This document shows positions 63,293-64,000 of a stretch of DNA of 64,000 nucleotides, piece after piece. The DNA comes from Octopus vulgaris. Lineage: Eukaryota. The stretch covers positions 38,688,001 through 38,752,000 of the forward strand of contig OX597836.1 in assembly GCA_951406725.2 (NCBI GenBank), written 5' to 3'. Every line of letters begins with the position of its first letter. Positions within the stretch are counted from its first letter, which is position 1. The position numbers and the translations under genes were made by a program. Below the pieces are notes generated by a model. It was not told where the DNA came from, made no database searches, and worked only from the letters and a program-made list of their open reading frames with translations.

Positions 63293-63425
63293 TCATTACA
63301 AATATAGTGTGAAAGATAATTAATTTGATAAAATCAACAAATTTCACCTAGTAGTTTTTCGGTATGGAAAAGGACCATATTCGGTGAAAACTTATACAAA
63401 AAGTTTTTTTTTATATATAATTATA

Positions 63426-63748
63426 ACAATAAAGGTTTTGCAACAAGTTGCTTGACCATATACTGAAAATTTTAGAAATAGCAGCCAAAGGACTCCTATT
63501 ACCTTTTTCTACAAAAATATGTCTCCACAGACAACAATATTTGTAACTCACACGTGGCAAAAAAAAAAGAAAAATAACGAAATCAAATAGTCTTCCATAA
63601 TTAATCGAAGACTGTTTGATTTCATTATTTTTCTTCTTGTTGTCTGTGGAGACATATTTTTGTAGAAAAAGGTAATAGTAATCCTTTGGCTGCTATTTCT
63701 AAAATTTTCAGTATGTGATCAAGCAACTTGTTGCAAAACCCTTATTGT
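63426..63748. repeat. Long foldback (inverted repeat)
   Basis: 112-bp arms at 63426-63537 and 63637-63748, plus an inner ~27-bp stem around an 11-nt loop. Confidence 0.9.
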
Positions 63749-64000
63749 CGAAAAGACGCTTGTCCTGACGTCCTGGTTTTCTTATAATTGTTTTTACGTA
63801 TTTTGTATTCTTATTCGTGCTATCATTATTGTTTTTACGTATTTTTGTATTTTTATTCGTGTAACATAGTCCATTTTCCGTCCATGTGTTGTATACATTC
63901 GAGGCTTTCTTCCAAGGAATCTAATGCACTTGGCTTAGATTTCCCTTGGGGGCTGCCCAGATCGGAGCAATCTCAAGATTAATCAGCCAAAATTGCGAAG

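Overview
AT-rich, microsatellite-dense animal genomic DNA. The repeat complement (tRNA-derived SINEs, RTE LINE 3' ends, Penelope-like remnants) matches what I recall for coleoid cephalopods, most likely Octopus; this is recognition, not a database result. Most of the window is interspersed repeats: several SINE families, RTE and Penelope remnants with minimal hammerhead motifs, Tigger, mariner, hAT-like and piggyBac-like MITEs, a small Helitron, and tandem arrays. Almost all ORFs in the supplied track are repeat artefacts. Two results stand out. (1) A ~415-bp GG...CC TIR element carrying a TAACCCT telomere-like motif occurs six times, only between 29.8 and 49.2 kb. It is flanked by long direct target duplications of variable length (11, 69, ~82 and 186 bp), forms a composite that carries nearby DNA, and has relatives with other TIRs. 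(2) By hand I can assemble a phase-consistent minus-strand micro-exon gene (45237 to 39515, ~150 aa, hydrophobic N-terminus, no recognised homology), head-to-head with a possible plus-strand signal-peptide gene starting ~500 bp away. A further possible minus-strand first exon lies near 28.0 kb. Gene models are manual and unverified, and repeat boundaries are approximate.
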